A stretch of DNA of 64,000 bases from an uncultured Bacillota bacterium. Lineage in GTDB: Bacteria; Bacillota_I; Bacilli_A; RF39; UBA660. Below are positions 63,130 through 64,000 of this stretch, one piece after another; the stretch's first letter is position 1, and every line of letters starts with the position of its first letter. The DNA is taken from NCBI GenBank assembly GCA_905205665.1, contig CAJLEF010000002.1:85050-149049 (forward strand). The letters are read 5' to 3'. Made by a program: the position numbers and the translations under genes. Below the pieces are notes generated by a model. The model had not been told where the DNA came from and searched no databases. It saw only the letters and a program-made list of their open reading frames with translations.

Positions 63130-64000
63130 TCACAAAAGTGGACCGAAAATCCTTAAAATTTGGCCAATTAATAACTTCACTTTGGAATAATTTTTACATT
63201 CTTCTAAAGAAACTAAATGAGATTTTTCTATCATATCATGATAATCTTCGTTCATTTTAATAATAGCTTTTGTCTTATACATTAAAATAGCATCTTCAAA
63301 ATGAAGATATAAACTACGATAATCTAAATTCACGGTACCTACAATCGCTTCTGTACCATCTTTTAACATCATTTTTAAATGCGTAAAACCATCTTTATAT
63401 TCGTAAATTTCAATATTTTCTTTAATGAGTTCTTTGTAATAAGTTTTAGCTACATAATTTATTAATTTCTTATCAGGAATCCCTGGTAAAACAATTCTTA
63501 CTTTTACACCCTTTTTAGAAGCATAAATAAGTGAGCCAATAATCTCATTATCTACAATAAAATAAGGCATGGCAATATCTAATGTTTTTGTAGCTGTTTG
63601 AATTAAATAAAGATAACTCATTTTACCCGTACTCACTACATTTGTTGGCGATACTCCATAGAAATTAATAAAACCATCCTGTTTTTTTACCATATGTCTT
63701 TTGATATAAGGAGTATAGTCTTCTCTTTTGGTAAAGTTCATTAAGTTCCAAGATTCTAAAAATAAAACTGTCAAACTGTTAACAACAGAACCCTTTACTT
63801 TCAACATATTATCTTTCCAGTAGCCAAAACGTTTGATTTTATTAATGTATTCACTCGCTAGATTAATACCACCAGTATAAGCGATGTCGCCATCAATCAC
63901 GATAATTTTACGATGGTCGCGATTATTGTAGTGAGTAGAAACTAATGGAACAACAGGTGAAAATATTTCACATTTAATGCCATAATCTTTTAATATTTCT
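63130..64000 (-). CDS. cls: cardiolipin synthase (PLD superfamily), C-terminal about 290 aa; the 5' end lies beyond the window
   Basis: Two HKD motifs: HRKIIVIDG (at about 63900) and HLKMMLKDG...VGTVNLD. The frame is open to position 64000. The track start is an internal GTG. Confidence 0.85.
   Translation of the reverse strand, partial: EILKDYGIKCEIFSPVVPLVSTHYNNRDHRKIIVIDGDIAYTGGINLASEYINKIKRFGYWKDNMLKVKGSVVNSLTVLFLESWNLMNFTKREDYTPYIKRHMVKKQDGFINFYGVSPTNVVSTGKMSYLYLIQTATKTLDIAMPYFIVDNEIIGSLIYASKKGVKVRIVLPGIPDKKLINYVAKTYYKELIKENIEIYEYKDGFTHLKMMLKDGTEAIVGTVNLDYRSLYLHFEDAILMYKTKAIIKMNEDYHDMIEKSHLVSLEECKNYSKVKLLIGQILRIFGPLL

Noticed and set aside
63898-63900. GTG start for the 256-aa ORF given in the track
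   Set aside because: The frame stays open upstream to the window edge and encodes the first HKD motif (HRKIIVIDG) of a two-HKD cardiolipin synthase. The gene is therefore partial, not 256 aa.

Overview
This is a very AT-rich chromosomal segment (about 70-75% A+T by eye) that uses the standard genetic code and looks like Bacillota/Firmicutes. About 70 genes are present and nearly all are on the minus strand. Several classic Firmicutes gene neighbourhoods are recognisable: cysteine desulfurase-thiI, ezrA, yqfC-yqfD-(VanZ)-ybeY-era-yqzL-recO, lspA-rluD, parE-parC, ackA, pnp-rpsO, infC-rpmI-rplT, eno, truB, priA-fmt-rlmN and rimM-trmD. Small sporulation-associated genes (YqfC/YqfD, YlmC/YmxH, YlbD/YlbE, DUF1540) suggest a spore-forming, genome-reduced lineage of the Clostridia or Erysipelotrichia type. 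That taxonomic call is inference only. I saw no rRNA, tRNA or CRISPR array.

The non-housekeeping content is dominated by a paralog family of about 450-aa exported or membrane-anchored proteins. There are five clear copies plus one distant relative, in two loci: 5639-9669 and 36436-40154. The copies share near-identical blocks in a mosaic pattern. The most interesting signal is that the two copies in the second locus carry duplicated promoters. In each, a poly-G tract (11 versus 10 G on the coding strand) fills the spacer between a consensus TTGACA -35 and an extended -10 (TGtTATAAT). This is the architecture of a slipped-strand phase-variation switch. One of these promoters may also drive a downstream membrane protein and a family-2 glycosyltransferase. 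A 3'-truncated IS3-family element is wedged between the two copies. The first locus is associated with TGACA-N5/6-TGTCA palindromes and a divergent small XRE repressor.

Secondary oddities:
- Ribosomal protein L20 carries a C-terminal KE-rich plus Rho_N/SAP-like extension.
- A 470-aa RelA/SpoT homolog has an intact hydrolase motif, an apparently degenerate synthetase motif and no ACT/RRM end.
- infC has an attenuator-type leader and a non-AUG start.
- Several hairpins overlap stop codons or ribosome-binding sites.

All functional calls rest on motifs read from the translations and on gene context. No database search was possible.
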